Shown: positions 60,100-64,000 of the stretch, piece after piece
Numbering within the stretch: the stretch's first letter is position 1
How the letters are laid out: each line of letters opens with the position of its first letter
Assembly: GCF_009914755.1 (NCBI RefSeq)
Contig: NC_060942.1
Source of the DNA: the human T2T-CHM13v2.0 reference genome, Homo sapiens
DNA length: 64,000 nucleotides
Strand: one strand, 5' to 3'
Translations under genes and position numbers: made by a program
Notes under the pieces: generated by a model
What the model saw: only the letters and a program-made list of their open reading frames with translations
Databases searched by the model: none
Told to the model about the DNA's origin: nothing

Positions 60100-62280
60100 T
60101 TTAAAGTATAAAAGAAAGAAAACAACAACAAAGAAACAATGTTCAATCTAAAATTTATTCCAAGAGAAAACATAATTTAAAGTTAAAAAACTCATCAAAT
60201 TTTAAAAATTAGATAAATCATTGCTAGCATATTCATACTATAAGAAATACTAAGCTATATGTTTTTACATATAAAGGAGAAATAATAACAGTTAGGAATT
60301 TGGATTACATAAGGCAATAAAAGTGATTTGAATGATAAATAAATACTTATTCTTAAATTTTAATTACTTAAAAAGAATTTTACCCAATCTAACTATAATA
60401 AATAATTTTAACTATTTATATTAAAAAGTATTGTAATGGTTTTGGAAGTTTATCGCATACATAGAAGTAAAATATACTATAATAAAAGCACAAATGAAGA
60501 GGTATAACTTGAATGCAGACTGTGTTAGACATGCACATTGTAAAATACATAGTTAAGTGATCAGTGGATATTAAAACAGAATAATAAAAAAATTTCCAAA
60601 TTCAGACATAAATAAATAGAAGAGAAAAGAAATAGAATCATATGGGACAAATGTCAGACCAAAAAAGACACATCTTTAAGTCAAATGTTTTTATAATTAT
60701 ATTAAATTTAAATTGTTGACACATACCAAATAAAAGGTGGCAATTATCAGATTGTAAAACAATATAACATCCCTCTGCTCTGTAGAAGGAACTATTTTAC
60801 ATATAAAAATGTATCACTTTCAGATAGTTTAAATTTAAAATAGTGGAAAACATATATATCATAAAAACAAATTTTTAAAAACTGTAATGACATATTAAAA
60901 TTATGTTAAATGGAATTCATATATGAAGCATGTGCAGAGATACAAGATATGTTTCATAATGATAAAAATATAAATTCACCAATAAGTCATACAATCGTAT
61001 ATATGTATGCATCTAATAACAGTCTCAAAATATGTGAGGTTAAAATTATTTTTAAAACTAGACTGTGAGAGACAAATTCAAAATACTTGGAGGTTTCAAG
61101 ATATTTCTGTGTACAATACATGTATTCAGTATTCAGGTTACAAAAATTATGTTTCTTATGTAATTCTTACATCATCACTATATAATATGTAATATATTCA
61201 GCAAACAATTCCTGTATGCTGAATTATATAATTCTCCTATGCTGAGTACCAAAAACATTATTGAGAGGAATTAAGGAAGATCTAGTAAACACAGAAATGT
61301 GCCTGTTTCATGATGTGAAAGATTTAATATAATATTAATTTTCCATTTGTCTGTAAATTTAGTGCAACCATAATAAATATTCCAGCAAATATTTTTACAG
61401 AAATTGATAAGTGAATTTAAAAATTCACTTATGAGAACCAAAGGACCAAAAAAGCCAAAATAACTTGGTGAGAGTTTTACATTGGCTGTCTTAACCTAGC
61501 TGAATTCAAAATTAACTTTAAACCTGAAGAAATGCAGACTATTTGAAATTGGTATAAGGATAAACTTACAAACAAAATACAAGAATGGAGATTCCAAAGT
61601 AGCTCCACACATATCTGTTCAGTGGATTTTCAACAAAGGGACCAAAGCGAATTCAATGGGAAATCAGTTGTTTTTTCAAGACATGTCTTGGAAAAGTTGG
61701 ATGTTCATTTTCAGAAAAATTGAACCCTGACCATCATCACACACTATCCACAAAAATTAACAAAAAATTGGTCATAGATCTAAAGCTAAAGCAAAAAAAT
61801 TTCCAGAGGAAACTACGTGAGAACATCTTTGTGATCTTGAATTTGCCAGTTTTCTTGAATAGGTGAAAAAATGAATAAAATTGGAGAAATAAAAAACGGA
61901 AAACATTTGTATAGTCGCTCTTCCAAATAAAATCTACAAATAGCAATGATGCACATATTACGATTATCAATCACCATGATTTGTCATTATGGAAATCCGT
62001 ATTAAAACCACACTGGAATGCCACTACACACCTGGTAGAATGCCTGCAGTCAAAAGGACCAGCAGTACTACCAGGTGCTGGTGAGGATGCGATTCAGTTG
62101 GAACATTCGTACATTGTAGATGAAAATGCAAAACCCTAACACACTTTGGGAAATATCCGACTACTTTCGATAAAGCTAAATATGCATGTGTCATATGAAC
62201 CAGAAATTCCACTTTTAGGTATTTACCCAAAAGTGGTAAACACATATATACAACACACAGACTTATTCTCAAATGTTCAT
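60100..62280 (+). mobile_element. Highly degraded old L1M fragments (inter-ORF/ORF2/3')
   Basis: 'tttcataatgataaaa', 'tatgcatctaataacagtctcaaaata', 'gattttcaacaaagggaccaaag', 'aattccacttttaggtatttaccc'. Confidence 0.65.
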
Positions 62281-62519
62281 GATCTGTGTCAAAAGGCAAA
62301 AGGGGATGCTCATAAGCGCTGTGCTCTAGTGAGTAAAGTGGATTCCTACAGATGTACAGGAAACTAAACCCCCAACCACTTTGTGCATCTTGGAATTGAA
62401 TAATTAAGTAAATAGATGACAGATGGTGGAAGCCTAGATTCCTCCTCTTCAAGTGGGACGTTAAAGACCAGGAAGGGAAGAAGCTAGAATGATTGGTACA
62501 GTAATGAATTAAAATTGAA

Positions 62520-62800
62520 GGCCGGGCGCGGTGGCTCACGCCTGTAATCCCAGCACTTTGGGAGGCCGAGGTGGGCGGATCATGAGGTCAGGAGATCGAG
62601 ACCATCCTGGCTAACACGGTGAAACCCCGTGTCTACTAAAAATACAAAAAATTAGCCGGGCGAGGTGGCGGGCGCCTGTAATCCCAGCTACACGGGAGGC
62701 TGAGGCAGGAGAATGGCGTGAAACCAGGGGGGGCGGAGCCTGCAGTGAGCCGAGATCGCGCCACTGCACCCCAGCCTGGGCGACAGCGACACTCCGTCTC

Positions 62801-62828
<28 letters not shown>
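62520..62828 (+). mobile_element. Young AluY, AluYe5-like
   Basis: Diagnostics gggcgAggtggcg, ggggggcggagcctgc and gacagcga (2-bp deletion); CpG-rich; long A tail; TSD aaaattgaag. Confidence 0.93.
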
Positions 62829-62829
<1 letters not shown>

Positions 62830-62832
<3 letters not shown>

Positions 62833-64000
62833 AGACATTAGTACGAGCTTGTATTGTGCATAGTACAGATACATGTGGTTACACGGAGAATGTTTGTCGA
62901 TGCATGTGTATACCAGTTGGTACACAAACATATATTTCCTTGCTCTGTCAACTGAGAGGGTCCACAAACAATGGCACCCAGTACCAATAAGCATAGCTAG
63001 AGCCTCAATCTTGGTTTTTAATACTATTAATATCTTCAATAAAAGGAACTAGGGCTCCTTGGAGAAATGGCTGATTCTATGACTGGAGAAGACAATATAC
63101 ACAACAAGCTGAGATCTGTGTCATCTCAGAAAGCAAAAAAGTGGCATTTTTTTTTTACCAAAAAAAAAAAAAAAAAAACTATGGAGCCCGCCAGAGACCA
63201 CAGGAGCCTACTCCCACCAATAGACTAAGCTGGAAAAATTTAAGCAACAAAATACCGTATCGTAACTCAAAGTACTAATATAAACATCAGTGACTTATTG
63301 CTGATATATAAATGACTGAAAAATAAATAAATATGGAACAAGAGACAAATACCTCATGCAGAATTCCAGATAATATGTGTAGCTATGTCACTCACAAGAA
63401 GCTGGAGTGTAACTCCCCTCTTTCCAAGTGTGAGTGGTGTCTATTTACTCTTTCCAAAGAGCGCAGTTGTGGAAAGAGGGCTATGAATAATGTTAGAGTG
63501 GAGAAATGTGACAAGTATTCGCTCAGGGGGATGATCAAGGTGAACAGCAATCATCCACAGCCATGTTCATAGCACGTATTCTTGATATAATTAGACTAAA
63601 ATGTCACTATTCCTTATTGGTCTTTTTTTCACGAACCCATAATCCTAGTCTAATCATGACAAACACATAAGACAAATCTCACTGTAGTGGTATTCCACAA
63701 AATACCTCATCTGTAACTCCTGAGAACTGTCATGGTCATCAAAGGCAAGGGCAGTGTGAAAATTGTCAAGAATGAAATAAGCTTAAGACAAAATGACCAA
63801 AAGCAATGTGGTATACTAGATAGAATACAACAACAACAAAAACAAAAGATATCTAGTAAAAACTAAAAAATAATCTGAATAAAGTATGGGCTTTTTTCTA
63901 TAATAGCATATCAATATTGGTTGGTTCCTTAATTCTGACAAATGTACGATACTAATATAGAGCAATAATAATAGGGGCGACTGGCTTTCAGGTATATGGA
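62830..64000 (+). mobile_element. L1MD/MC-like 3' UTR
   Basis: 'tttccttgctctgtcaactgagaggg', 'aataaaaggaactagggctccttggagaaatggctgattct', 'ctgaataaagtatgg'. Confidence 0.75.

Overview
Primate (human-like) nuclear DNA: AT-rich, CpG-poor, repeat-dense, with no intact recognisable protein-coding gene, so it is intergenic or deep intronic. Most identifiable sequence is transposon debris: L1 fragments (L1PA, L1PB/MA, L1MB-ME), 13 Alus plus one Alu monomer, MaLR LTRs (THE1/MST/MLT1), ERVL remnants, MER58, MADE1, a near full-length Tigger1, L2 and MIR. The one gene-derived feature is a processed pseudogene of MAP7 (ensconsin) at about 14170-14804, inserted in an inverted L1MA. It appears to copy a short, alternatively terminated MAP7 transcript, and its lesions leave a 132-codon ORF open. 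Other oddities are two local templated insertions copied from about 1 kb downstream, a compound repeat-plus-(CA)n VNTR, a MADE1 (miR-548-type) hairpin and an apparently gene-converted Alu pair. I found no CRISPR, operon or prokaryote-like system. Repeat family and subfamily names come from recalled consensus sequences, not a search; boundaries are approximate unless target-site duplications (TSDs) are given.
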